Below are positions 12,601 through 27,600 of a stretch of 64,000 nt of DNA, piece after piece. Numbering within the stretch: position 1 is the first letter of the stretch; every line of letters starts with the position of its first letter. The position numbers were made by a program, and so were the translations under genes. Where the stretch lies: NCBI GenBank assembly GCA_030265395.1, contig JARFYF010000050.1, positions 24,640,861-24,704,860 of the forward strand, written 5' to 3'. The DNA is from Rhina ancylostomus. Its lineage: Eukaryota. The notes under the pieces are model-generated. The model made no database searches. It had not been told where the DNA came from and saw nothing but the letters and a program-made list of their open reading frames with translations.

Positions 12601-15600
12601 AAAGGAGGGAAGTTGGCAAGCCACTTTAGGACAAATATGGTTTAACCTACTGGTCAAATGGGACACTTTTTATGGAGCTGGGAAGGACAGAGGTGCCACT
12701 CCTGTTATATCCTTCTCACGCCTGTGAACATGCCGTCATCAAACCTTACATTTTTTGGGCCCTGAGACAGACTAAATTGCCCGGTATCACAGCAGCTCCT
12801 AGCTGGTGGGCTGCCCTACAGTACTTGTTTTCTACCTAAAAGAAAACCAGCAGCAGTGAGACGAAGCTCTAATAGTGGATTGGTTCTCTGACTGGTACAA
12901 TTGGCACTTTTCACTGGCTGGTGACCCAAAAACCAACCGAGGGAGACTTTATCCCAGTAGATCGACAAACACAACTTAATTCAGCATTTACCTCCTGGGA
13001 AGAACCAATCAGCATGTTGAATTATGGGTTCAATAATCCCCACAATTTGTATGGAAACCGTTGTCATCATTTCAGTCATGGATCTGTAAATGAAAAGAAC
13101 TGACCAAATTAACTGCATTTTGATAAATGAATTATGCACAAATAATTAGCACTTTACTGGGCCATTGAAAAGAAGACAATTACCAGGTTCAGTTAACAAT
13201 CTATGATTATGTTCCAGGTAATCACAGTGGATGTATTAGAATTTGCCTCAGCATCCAAGATAAAGAAAGGTGAGAGTAAGTTAATTGCTTACTCAGTCAT
13301 ATCACATTCAAACTTTCTCTATTTAAACAATGAATGGTGGCTTGGTATTGAAGAATAGACTGTATCCTCAGAATTAGGTCTGTGTGTGAATTAGTGACTT
13401 CAGGAAATACTGAAATGAGAGATTAAGCTGAGAACTCTACCTAATGCATACTTGTCAACTTCCACAATACCACAATCTGGAAGAATTGAGAAGCAACTTT
13501 ACATAGGATGAGTCAGCCTTTTACCTCTCATCTCAATGCTGTTCTAAATCTGGAAGATTAGTTATCTTTTGACTCTCTTAGAAGAATGGAGTGTGGATTG
13601 GGAGGGAGTATTTTAAGAAAGCAGGGGAAACAAATGCAAGAAAGAAACTGAAATGAAATGGTATAACTTGTCCAGAAGCTGTTACTTGCAAGGTGCTTTG
13701 ATTTTTCACTTGTGTTTCTCTCATAGATTCACAGAGTACTGAAACAGGCCTTTTGACCCTCCAAGTCCACACTGATCATCAAACACCCACATTACATTAA
13801 TTCCATTTCACTCCCCCCACATTCCCATACACTCCTCCCAGATTCCACCATTGATGTCCTCAAACGCCACACGGGGAGCACTGACGGTTAGGAGTGAAGC
13901 CATGCCGCTGGAGTTGAAGGGTAGTGAGTATTTGCTGTGCCACTGTAGATCGTAAGTTCATAAGTTATTAGATTTTACAGGAAAATATGAGAATCTGAAT
14001 TACTGGATCCTTAAAAGGCTTAAAGTCAATCGTTTTTAATAACAAATTTAAGTTTCCATTATAATGGCCTCAGTTTTGCAACCAGTGCCGAGACCTTGAA
14101 GAAATCTTTGACTCTGTGCCATGAATTTCTCCTCTTCTGATGTCAGGAAGCAGGCAGTAAGATTGAACAAATCTCACAAGCAGCAAATCAAGAAAACAAT
14201 AAGAACTAATTTTATTTAATGTTTTAAACATAGTACTGTAAGCAAAGCAAAGATTGGGGCTAATTTGGACATGAAACATAATAACATTTAGAAATAAAAT
14301 AATTTCTAACTACTTTTAAAACCATTGTATTGTTAAATTTTATGTGAAGGAATGACAAGCTATATATTATTATATATACAAAATATAATTATAAATATAG
14401 TATACATATAAAATTATCTGCATGGGTCCAGGGATGTTGCTTAGCTGTAATTATCTCTGAATGGCATTAGAAACACAGACTGACTCTGTCCAAAAAGGCT
14501 CAACATTTTCAGTGGCTCTTACAGCAAGACGTTTGCGTAAAATTTTGAAATAAAGACCTAGGATTGATTACGTATAGAAAGACCACAAGCTGTGAAGGAG
14601 CACAGCATCACGGATAAGCATCCCCTGATTTCTGCATTTAAATGCAGAGGGACCAAATGAGAGAAGTTGCTGACTATTTTGCTAGATTATGACAGCGAGC
14701 ATTAATTGTTTCACTGTCATTATAAAATCAAATTCTTGGTCAGTATCCTAAGGCAAAGAAACCTTACCCTTCATTGGCTGTCCAGAGTAGATTGGGCCCC
14801 AGGACTATCGCCATGTTACCGGGTGTCATTTTGTTGGCATCTTGGTATTCTGTTAGTTTGGCTAAGAATTTTATCAAGTATCTGCAGTAAAGACATAAAT
14901 TGCATTGAGTAAATTAGCTCATTCTCAAAAATGAAGAAAGCTGCTATAGGGATGTCTAGCAATAAGAATAAAAACAATCACAACTCAACGTTAAGACCCT
15001 ACTTTTGTTTCAGCTGATTGAGATTATAATTGTATCTTTAACATAGAAAAATATCCTTAGGTGGTTCATTGAGACTGATTCAGAAATATGTGAATTTCAG
15101 GGAGGAAAAGTGGAGAATGGGGTCAAAGAAATTGACTTAAGGAGAACCGAGGGGTGGAGAGGCAAAGGGGCTTGATAAACAAATTTCAGAGCATGGAGCC
15201 CAGGTGGCTGAATGCACAGGTGGATTAAAGCAAGATGGGTCTTACGAATGGCAAGAGAATGGGGCAAGGGTGTGGGGTGGGCAGGTGAACAGGGTGCAGG
15301 CTGGAGTGTAGAGCTGCTGAAAGTACTGTCGGGAGAGCTGAGGAAATGAAGGGATTTAAACAACATATGGGCTGTAGAATTTTCATAGGGTCAATAATGA
15401 GAGACTGGTCAAATTAGAGGTAATTAGATTAAGCAAAATAATAGTGTTAATCTCTTATCATAATATATAATGTAGAAATAACTGGATCCAGAACAAGAAT
15501 TGTTAAATTACTCTGTAATGTCGTCTGGAGGCAGCATTCCATTCCACAAAACTACGCTGAAAAAAATCAACCAACAAACCCTTGCTTTTTATTAGACTCC

Positions 15601-18600
15601 TGGGCAGATTTCCTTTATTCATCACGTAGCACTGTTTGATAATCCACGCAGCCAACATAATTATTCCTTTCACAGCACTACACCAATAACAAAACCAATG
15701 GAGGGCAACTGTTTAATTATACACAATTATATAATTCAATGTGATACTTAAGTTTACCTGAAATTGTTATAATTTGCCTTGGGTAGCTTCTCACACGCAT
15801 TCCATAATGCTTGAAGCCGCTTGTCTTGGTCCTGGATACTGGTCATTTCAAACAGAGTAAGAAAATTATACATACTTACATATATTTCAGTGTTCTGATA
15901 TGTGGTTGAAAAATGTGAAGGTATTTTAAAGATAAGCCTTAAAAAATGTACTTCTCTGGAAATAATAAAAGTACAACCTTACCAAAAATGTTTGATTGGC
16001 TAATCATTGCCCATGTCCAAATATATTTGGACTGTCATACAATTACAGCTATCTTTATTGGTCTGTTTTGAATTTCAGATATACAGTAACCATGATTGTG
16101 GCCTGAAACTCCGTGTTGTTTTACTCAGTACTAATCTTGTTATCTGTTTTAGCTATCTTTTTCAGACCCTTCTTCACATACTACACATTACAGACTGACT
16201 CAGTGATTGGATTAGCACCCACTTGCTTGCACTTTTCCTGTGTTATGCTTCAGCAAACTGGAGGCTGGAAAGTGGACCAAAGGAAGTGGTACAGATCAAC
16301 ACTCTATGAAATGTTCTCCTGCACTCAGTAACTGAGTGTTGTGCAATCAATTTCCACTTGTCTGCTTGCCAGAGAACAAGAACCTACCAACTATATTGAT
16401 AAGTAACTAATTTATTCCTGTTCCAGTGTCATAGCTGATTGAGGAAGGTCAAGTGAACAGATTGCTATTCTTCTCCATATTGGAAAATGGCTATTTTATG
16501 CTCAGTACCTAATGCTGATAATTCAACTTCAATGTGGAAATTCTATGAAGAACAAGGGCATAAATATCAATAACAAATCATGTAATTCTAAAGGTTTATT
16601 CAAATCTATTCTATTTGCCTGTTCAATGGAGAGTGCAATATTTTATCACTGAGTCTCTTCCATTATTACATCTCTCAGAATAAAATAGCACACAGAATAT
16701 TCAGCCACCTCATTATTCAAACCTGGTTTGTTGCCCTCCACAAATAAAAGCATTCTCTTCTGGCTTAGTAGCACAGGAAACTTTTTGTCTTGTTGAACGT
16801 TTGAGCAAAATCAATGCTCTTCTATATAATTGTCAAATAAATACTCAGAAGATCTTTATATAACTTCCTTTTGAATTAGTTAATTAAATGCTTACATTGA
16901 AAGTTAATTCTAGATATCTAGTCATCTGAGGAAAAAAATTACTACACACCATGCAGAATATCAAAATAATAATGCGCTCAACTAATGCTTACTTTATGAC
17001 ATTAAAAGCACCAGCTAATAATCTCCCCTTCTGACAAGTTCAATTTATATCAGTGTTGTTACAAACTGAATGCCATTAAGTCAATTATGGGGACAGGTGA
17101 AACTGAAAGAATTGATTAAAAACATACATACTTTGATGCCTGAATCCATTCGTCATACAATTCAAATGTCATCAAAGGTTCTGGTAGCTCTCGAAGATAC
17201 GATTTAAGAGCTCCTTACAATAGAAAACATTTTTTTCATTTTACTCATGTAGCAATAGGATTATTATAAATGCTATTTAACTATCCTGGATGAAGCAGTC
17301 TATTTTCTTCAATACAGTAAAATTACAATACATAGAGATATCTTTTTAAACTAAGATTTTATTCTTCCTTATTAAGGCCCTCAATAATGCACAGGTATTC
17401 CTCTGCTGCTGTCTCCAGGCTGTGAATACGATGGCAGGGAATAGGATGTCACTACCTTTACCTCTAAACTGCATTGCAGTTACAATGAATACCCACAAAT
17501 GCGTTTACTCCTAATTTCACAATAATTTTTCATGGAATCAAGAAGTGACATGGAGTTGTCTAAACTGATTAACTGCATCCCACCATGAAGCCTTCTCTTG
17601 AAGCCCAAAATTCTAAATTTTTGATTTGGAGTGGATGAATTTAAGCCTCGAGTTCTGGGCACCAAATGGACCTGACACTAACTGGTTGTTCAGACAATTT
17701 CACTTGCAATTAGTTGTGTGTTTTCATGTTTTCCAGATTTGGGGGAGTTGTTGCTCAGCACCTTGGCTTGCAAGGTGTAAAGAGGTCACAGTTGCTGCTG
17801 ATGGCTGAGTCAGGGCTACCACTGATATAAGTCCTGCATTTAATAGGTTGGGTCCAAATAAAACTCTCTTATACTACAGAAAGTCTGAAATTACACAATT
17901 AATCCAGAATTATTCAAATACTGTGGGAAACAAAATAGAAATGCCAAGAATATGACTGAGTGAGCTGTTTGAGCCTGTGAACTTCTATTTCTTGGCAGAT
18001 GGGATTTAGCTTGATGAAAGCCATATGCTGTACATGGTCTTTGACCGCTGCATATATAAAATACTCAGACTAGCCTTAAACCTCCAAAACTCAGAGGCAT
18101 GATTTAAAAATAGCTTTAGTCCAAGTGGTTTTTCAGTGTTTGTGAACATCTGCAAGAATAAAATTAGCATTTGTTGGAGAGGAATTGCCATGTAGATAAC
18201 AGGGGTGGACGAAGAGAGACACCAAAGACCGAAATGGGTTTATTTTTTCAAAATTATTTCTGCCCAAGGCCTGGTAAAATGCATGTACCAATAACATTAA
18301 AACATGCCATGAAGATCTTAGTCATGTTGGTTGCAAAAATGCTCACGTGATGATTCTATTTTTTAAGCTTCTTTCTCAGATGGACTCTTGCAAAGAATCT
18401 GACAGACTATTCTCCTTGTCCTGGTTGCTAACAGCTATCAGTTTTGTTTTGTACACAGCAGTACAACCAAGAGTAAAAGCTGCACAAATCCCAATGCGAG
18501 TACAGAGTTGGATAAAACATATGCAACAACCTGACATTTGTGGTTAATGGCAAAGTAGAGATGCTTGCTGATGACCTCAAGGAGAGAGGACAACAAAGAT

Positions 18601-21600
18601 CTAGTGAATGTTATGATATGAATTTCCCTTTTCCATCTCCGACTGATGTTAAGGATCTTTGGCATTGAGTCATCAAGCTGGCTAAACAGTTAATCATATT
18701 AAATATTTTTTCAGGCAGCAAATCAAGAAGGTAAAGCACAATTTTTAATTAACTTTTTAAACATGTTCTAATAAAAATTGGGACACACACATGTAATTAA
18801 AATAGAAACAGAAATATCCTAAATATTTTTAATAAAGTAATTTTAACACATTTTGAAATATTCATATGATGAAATTGTAATTCGTGTACATAAAGTCAGT
18901 TTTTATTTGGGTCTGAGCTGTGATTATTATTTAGCATGTTATTTAAAATTCATGAAGTGTCTTAAAAGCAAAGCGTAAGAGACTAAATGCAGGATTAATT
19001 TTTACTTGTTTTCCATGTGCAAATCATGCATAAATTCAGTTTAATGGGTTAGAATACAGAAGTGATTATTTCCAGGTGAAATTGCAACCATTGGTAAATT
19101 GGCCCAGGGACTTCTGTGTGCAATTCACCTGAATGAATCTGAAATTGATCTGGCAAGATTACACTGTACTCTTCCTTCCTTATTGACATAAATTACATCT
19201 TTTGGGTGTATCCTACAACCTTTGTGGACATGAACAACACTAGGAGCACATCGCACCAATGAGGAGTCATATAAAGGTATCCCTTCTGACATCAATGTCC
19301 TGTGCACAGAATCTGCAAACTTCAGTTTTTACTGCCCCAGATATTTGAAACTTCATTATCAGCCGCAGCCATTTCATACTATGCACGTCAGTTAATGTTG
19401 TGATCACTGCCTCATACCACAGTGGTGTGTGCACACCCATGGATTTCGACAGACAATTGCATGGAGGGGTGTCCAGGGATAGGGAAAATCACCGTGTCCT
19501 GCCTCCTATATGTTTTCTTGTTTCCTCATGGCAGCTTACATGCACTGTTCCATGACTGCCATGGGGAGAGTTCCTTTAAGGTTTGGCACACTTACTAGTG
19601 ATCAGCCTGGCAAACTCAAGGCATTTGGGGACTTTTCATTCAGCTCCTATCAAGGACTGTTCAGGTTCCCTGCTAGCACACAATTCTGGGCGTAAATCAC
19701 AATAGCACTCTTTCTAATATATCTTTAGCTAATTTCACTGTGTTTTGTGGGGGATCCACTTGGTTATATATGACCTACATGTAATGCATCAAAAAAGGGT
19801 GCAATCTAATTTTGAAGGAAGCATTTTCAGTATATTTTATGGCAAGTCTATTGTGTAAATACATTGAGATTGAAATATCTTGAATTCAATGTACCAAATT
19901 AAGAAGGCAGAGCTTAGAACATATAGACCTATATATTATGTAGTTAATGCATGTAATGTACTTCTATCTTTTAATTTCATGTTAGTTCAAGTGATTTCCC
20001 TTGATTTCATTGGTGAAGGTTACGAACAGAGAGTCTTTGAAGGATGCTTGACTCAGGTCTGACTCAGGATTTCCATGTTAAACTCGGCATGGGTGGTAAT
20101 CCCCAAGTTGCAGTCAGTTTCAATAATTTTGCATCATTGCTGTCCAGTGTAATATTTGGGCCATGATCTCATGTCTGACAAAAAGGACCAAAATAAATAA
20201 CGATGGTAAAGACAGTTAACATAATGAAATAGGTTATTAATAAATAAGGCTTATTGAAGGCTATTTCATTTTCACTAAAATGCCCATTGAAAAGGAAATA
20301 TAAAGTTTGAGAAATATAAAAAAGGATAAACAGCATAACAAAATATAACATAGTTTTATAAAGTGAAAACTGCATTTTAAAATCTGGTGTGGTACATATC
20401 GACAAACTAAAATAATTAAAATAACTGGTCTTTCATCTGCTAAATGAATATGATAAAATAAATGAATTATAGGGTTAATACCTACAATCTTCAAATCATA
20501 GGGCTTTGAGGATATGGATTTTATTCCCTCATTGTTTTACATCCTGCTACAGCACTGACGTGACAATAATCTCATTCAACTCGTATTTGTGTAAAATCTT
20601 CTCTGATGCATTAAGTGAACAGAATAACTACGATTCTAATGTAATCAAGATTATGCCAGTACAAAATATATTGACTATTATTCTAGAAGGCCCAATATTT
20701 AATGAAAATGAATGGAAGCTATTTTATAACACAGGCTTCAGAATCACGTCAATTTATGTTGAGTGACATACCTGCTACAGCATGAGGATCCACAGAATAT
20801 TCTTGCACATCCAACACACCACAGTCAAGTGAAGCCTTTAGTTTCTTCAGTTTGGAGGCAGAAGCAGCTACCCTGAAAAGGCCCTGGGGGAAAAAACCTC
20901 TCTTCAATATTACTGGCCACATCACATTCACATAGAACCATGAAGACAATTTCATTATCAATACTTTAAAAGTGCTACTTCTGGCTATGGTTTACCTGTT
21001 ATGTTAGATTAAACGGGCAACACTTGGACTTTGAACAATTTGCCTAAATCTCACAGCAGAAACACATCTGGAAAATAACATCAGGGAGCTAAGTGATTCG
21101 TCATGCATGAAATATATATAGATAAGTCTTCAGATACTTTTTTAAAGGGACAACTCAAAGATGTTATTTGGCATGCATGAAGAAATTGGTTTTATCATTC
21201 AAAAATATGGAAAAATATTTAATTGGAGATTAACGTCACAATGTGCAACAAGCTCAGATATTGGGAGAATTGTTTTTCTAGATCTATTGATAATTCTGCA
21301 GAGTGACGAAGTATTACCGCAGAGAAGGCTTGACACTGCAATGACCCAATGTGAACAAAATGGATATTTATCCTGAAATGTTAAAAGTGTTTCATTCTCA
21401 AAAGCTGTAGTGTATATCGAGCATTTTCAGTTTTTATTTTGGATTTTCAGCATTTGATTTACAATGAGAGTAATAGTTCAACAAGTGCACTCCAAAAGAT
21501 CTAGAATATAGCATCAATGATAACAGTAAAAATAGCAGGTGCAGATTTAAGCTAACACCATGGATAAGAGAGAGGGGACAGGTACCTCTTCCTGCATGCC

Positions 21601-24600
21601 ACACTCCAGTAACATTGTCACACAGGCCTCAACAGGAAATGCAATTTCACGTCCACTTATTGCAAGATGTTCTTCCAGTGGCTTGCCAAAGGAAGGCTTT
21701 TCTATCCAAGCCTCTTTAGTAGAAAATAAAAATGGAATATTTCCAGACATTAGCAGAAGGTTTTTATAATAACTCTTAATGAATAACTGTTAACAAATTA
21801 ACTACGCTTCTCAGTTAACACCTGCTGCTGAGGCTTTGAAATTAATCTTGATTCTGCTTTGAGTTTCCACATTTATGTTCATGAGGTCATAAAGTCATAG
21901 AGTTACACAGTTCAGCCCAACTTACCCATGCTGACCAAGAAGTCCAAGCTAGTCACATTGGTCTCTGTTTGGCCCATGTCCCTCTAAACCTTTTCCATTT
22001 ACCTGTCTAAATGCCTTATATATATTGTAAGAGTACTCATCTCTACTTTATTTGGCAGCTTGTTCCATATACCTGCCACGCTCTGTGTGGAAAAGTTTCC
22101 CCTCAGGTCACTTTTAAATCTTTCACCTCTCACCTTAAATCTTTGTCCTCCTATTTTAGATTCCTCTACCCTGGGAAAAAGATTGTGACCATCCACCTTA
22201 TCTACACCCCTCACAATTTTATATATCTCTTTGTTGTCACCCCTCAGCCTCCTACTCTCTTGGGAAAAACGTCCCAGACTATTCAGCCATCCTTACAACC
22301 AAAGCCTTCCATTCCAGATAACATCCTTGTGAATCTTTTCTGCACCCTTTCCAGATTATTGATGTCCTTCCTATAGCTGGGTGACCAGAACTGCACATAA
22401 TACTCCAAGTGTGATCTCATCAATGACTTATAAAGTTGCAACATGATGTCCATCTCCTGTACTCAGTGCCCTGAATGATGAAGGCAAGTGTGTCAAATGC
22501 CTTCTTCACCATCCAGTATACCTGTGTAACCACTTTCAGGGAACTTATGTACCTCTATCCCTAGGTCTCTCTGTTCTACAACACTCTTCAGGGCCCTACA
22601 ATTTACTGTGCAAGTCCTGCCCTGGTTTAACTTAACAAAATACAACATGTCACATTTGTCTGAGTTAAATTCCATCTGACATTCCCTGACTCACTTCCCC
22701 AGATCACCTGGATCCTCTTGTAATCATAGATAACCTTCTTCACTGTCCATGACACCACCAATTTTGGCATTATTCAACAGAAAGCAAAGCTGGTTTTCTG
22801 GGGTTATGTTAAGGAAAAAGGTTTGGAGTGGGTGCTGGTCTAGAACTTGGAGAATAGTCTCAGGATAAGGGATCAGCCATTTAAGTGGAGGTGAGGAGAA
22901 TTCTTTGAAGCAGAGGGTTGTAAAATTTTGAAATTCTCTAAAGTGGTAGAGATCAATAGATTTTTGGATACTAAGTAAATCTGAGAACATGGGAATTATA
23001 TGGGGAAGTGAAAGCATTGCATCAGATGGCATCTTATTGGATGTTGGAGCAGATTCGAGAAGCTGTATAGCTTATTCTTGGTTCTGTTTCATAAAACCCA
23101 ACACTTGAGCTTATAAACAAAAGTTCTCTTTGTAACAATAAGGAAAACACATTTATGGTGTATTCAGCCTCAGCTAGCATCTTTGCTTGCTAAAAAAAAG
23201 CATCAAAAATTAAAGCAATTTATTTATATTTGTTATGTGACCAATCCAAATGATGAATATTGAGAGAACAAATGATGGCAAAGCTGTGACTAAAACTGGA
23301 AAAGTAGTTTCCTTGTTCTTGGTTTTAGAGGAATGACCAATTGTGATTCCCAAAGAAAATACTGAATGACATTTTTGTCAGTGTTGAGCCATTATCCATG
23401 TTGCCACAAACTCTAGGAAGGGCAGACATGCTGTTTAAGCCAGGCAAAATAAGCCTGGGGAAGCTCACAGAAAACAAACCCAAGATATCTTTCCTGGGCT
23501 TTTGCTTCATCTCCAGAAAGCAGTTCAACATATTAATTTCCTTAACTTCAGTGTAAATTTGAGCATTTTTTCAGAGCCTTGCTTATGTGCTAACTCATTG
23601 CATCAGAAGTTCTATTAGACTTAGCAAAGATCGTGGTTATGTGCACATTATTTTTGAATATAGTGAAGTTAACTATTTCATTACAGTTACTACAACTGCT
23701 TAATTACAAGATAACAACAAATTTTGCCAATGTGATCAGAGTAGGATACATGCAAAATGTTGCCTCCAATATTGTCTTTATTCAGAAAAGCAGAAGCACA
23801 TTAAAATGTTATTACCTTGTTGAGCTTTGATCTGAGGCAGTATGCTCTGTAAAAGTACTAATGACTTCCTGTGATACTCTGCTTGCACTTCTATTAACTG
23901 GGAAAAACATAATTCACAATAGATGTAAGTATGAAGATAATGAAGCATTTTCCAGACTGAGTTCATCCGATTTCACACCAATTGACTAAACAAAATATCA
24001 AGCAGAGAAGAAATGGTTCAAAAATATCAATGAATAAGATAGATATACTGGCCTAAGAAACCCTACCATCATGATAACCTTTAGGGTTAAATTACCAGAG
24101 TATATCTTCTCAAAGCTTACAAAATTAAAGCTTGATCTAATTAAAATGTTTTAAATACACAAGAGAATTTCATAATGCAGGAAAAGTTATGAAAAGTGAA
24201 TTCCTCTAGTGGGGCAATCAGAAAAAGAGCATAATTGTAAAATTACAGCTGAGCTAATTAGGATTGGAATCAGGAAGCACTTATTCATACCAAGTCTATT
24301 AGAATACTTTCATCCAAACTGCTATAGTTACTGTGTCAATTAACATTTCCAGGATGCTTAGACGTTTCTTAAGTTCAGATATTCAAGATGCATAACTTGG
24401 GAAAATATATACGAGCTGAAGGTCAGTCTTGAACTAACAGAATAGCAGAACAGGCTCAAGGAGCAGGGTTCCAAAAAATCAAGCAAGTCAAAAAGATTAT
24501 AAATTGGAAGCTATTAATTATTAACCTTACTGAATGAACACTATGAAGAGCATGCTTCATCTGAAGAGAGGCAATGTAACATTGGTTTCACATCACAATT

Positions 24601-27600
24601 TTTAAGACACTGAACTATGAAGGACTGTGAAATATTGCTATTTCGCTTTTTGATGTTTTGCTCCAAATCTAATTTTCTTTCAGACATAGGAAGATTACTA
24701 AATATTTTTCAATAGTAGCAGCTTCAACTGTAAATTATAAATGATTAAACTTTTAACTGAAATATTAAGGAGAGCTGAACCTGAATCAGGATAGCAATTC
24801 ACTGAACAGTAAGTTGAGATGGAATTCAAATTCTAAAAACAAACTTCTAAAATAGGTCATATTACTCTCCATACCTTATCATTACAAATTGTTTTTCACA
24901 AGTTTGGCATCACCACTGTTGCTAGGTGGACTGCACGCCTCAACTACCAATCACCACCTTGTGTCCATTTATACAAAATGTCATCCAGTACTTGAGCAAC
25001 GAAAGTGCGTATTGTGTGAGCAGTGCATGGTAAGCTTACAGATACCTCAATATGCAATTCACTATATTCTTGAGGGAAACCTGTTGGATATTGTATTAAA
25101 CAAAGCTAATTATAAACCAGGTTGCCATGTGTTATTTGATGAACAAAGTGAATATAATATTTTAAAATTATATTCTCCTGTAACATAATTAATAAAACAG
25201 AACACCTTGAATGCGGCAAATCCATTGAAAGTGGTAAGAGCGAGCTTAAAAACAGGAAACTCTCACTTTCTGGCTATGATTTTTTTTGCCAGACTTCTGC
25301 AGACTGCCATATGTCCTCCCGAATGGATTGGCCTGTAAACTTCCTGCCAGAGAGTGTTCCATCACCTCTCAGTTAAACCTGCTATTGCATCCCATAGGGA
25401 CAAATACTAGGCAGCTCCTTGTTGAGTTTGCATGAAATAAATTACACACACGGTCAATACTGGAATGTTATCAACAACCTCCAATACCTCAAACTTAAAA
25501 GGTATGTGGAAAGCACCATTTTGGACACATGCTTCATCTCAATTATAATCTAATTCTCCTATACTCCAACAACTATTTAACCTTTATTATCTGAATTTTA
25601 AATTTACAACACCATCCTATCCAAAACCCTACCTAAGTCAAATAGACACAAATCCCAAATTGTAATTGTAACAGCATATGAAATTTGGCAGGGATGAACT
25701 GCACTCAGTACCTTTGACACAAAAAGAGAATTGTAGGCAAATATTACAGGCCTGAATAAGGAATTTAGTTGAATGGGAATTAATAGGAGTGATTTGGTTC
25801 AAACTAATTCTACTAATGGAATAAAATGGGAAGTGATTTGGTATGAAGGAATCTTGTTATCTTGGAATACCCATACTATACAATGCAGTCAATGTAGTGG
25901 GAGCTAACAGGAGATGCAATGGTTTCACACAGCAGAAAGTGAATGGAATAGATTTGGTCCCCTGAGATTCCATTGCTAGATTGGGTTGTACTTTTGTGGA
26001 TTTACTGAATTACTATTAAATAATGTGAACGCAAATGTAAAATATACTGTAAAAATAATTACATGAAAATGAAAGGCTAGATTTTCCAAAAAGTTCAGTG
26101 GATTTTGTAAATATATTGTGCATCCCTTCCAAATGTTAAAAAAGGTTGGCGTACAGATCAGTATTTTGGCCAACTCAAAGACAAAAGTACCAGCTCCCAG
26201 TATCTGAGCTATGGGAAGAAAATAGCTAAGGGCAAACTGAGCTATTTTCTTACTTTGCAAGAGCATAACATAATTAACATAGAGGGGACAAAAATGATTT
26301 ACTAATATTACTTTTGACACATACATATATCTGCATAAAGGCTTTAGGGGAAAAGGATCAGATGACAGGAGCTTTGGCAGTTATTAATCTAAATCTAAAT
26401 TTGGCTGCTGCCTATTCCTGAAGCAAGAAAGTGGACAGAAAACAGGTAGAAAACATGACTGAATAACCACTGGTGTTGGCAGATATTTATCAAGTTTTAC
26501 TGCTCCTGGTTCCCTCCCTTCTTCACAGCATAAAAGTTAGGCATAAGTTAAATCACGAGATGCCATCATTCCTGTTCTATTAACTTCCTTCTGCATATTA
26601 TATATATTAATGACATAATATTGAAGATTAGCATTTGATTACCAGACATACACCAAATCACAAAAGGCTTGAGCACTATCATCTGACCCTGGTTTAAAGG
26701 TGCAGCATTAATTCAGGTTAGCCATGTGTATTTATGTATACACATACATAAATGTGTATACGACTAAGTTCATCTGGTGCTTTTGGATACATTCTGTCTT
26801 TTTGGTTGGTGGAAGGGTGGAAAATGTCCTCTGCTTTGCTGATATGCAATGATAAAACTGTAAGATTAATAACTGTGATCATATCATGGCACATGTATGC
26901 GGGGAAAAAAAAAGCCTGAACATAATCTATCAGCATGTAGAGTCTTTATTCAAAGAGGTAAAATCTTTGAAGCCTGTTGGGAGATGAATGCTGTGATTGT
27001 ACATTTTTCCTAGATGGATAGGTGAAGGTGTCTTCAGTGACCTTTGTCATATGGATTCAACTTCCAGCCTTGCCTTGTGATAAAATGCTGAACTGGCTGT
27101 GCCTAACAATCAAAAGTCATCTAATCTATAACAATAAACTGATGTATTTCTATACAATGCTAAAGACACACATAGGCTTTTTCACACACAGAAGACTATC
27201 TGCAACACACAGACAAGGTGAGATAGTTGTGTTGATCTAACATGGGTCTGATCCTCTGAGGAAGTCTGGAATGGAGTCTAGCTCACTGCAATGCTGCCCT
27301 GCTGACCCAGAGATAATAATTCATTGAACCAAAGAACTTCCACGAGAAACTGACATTCTTCACACAGAAATGAATAGAAATAAAACGCTTAAATTTGCAG
27401 CATGTTTTTCTCAAGCACCCAGTGTTCTGCTGTCAGGTTAATTATGATCACTAAGTTGATGAGAGGATTTTAAAATCAAATGGACCATTCCAGCCGTGGA
27501 ATTCATTGAGGAGACTGATTCCGATTTGTTTTAAGCTTTAACATTTATTATTTTGATTTTTATTGCAATAATCCTTATATTTCTATTGTACTCACTGTCT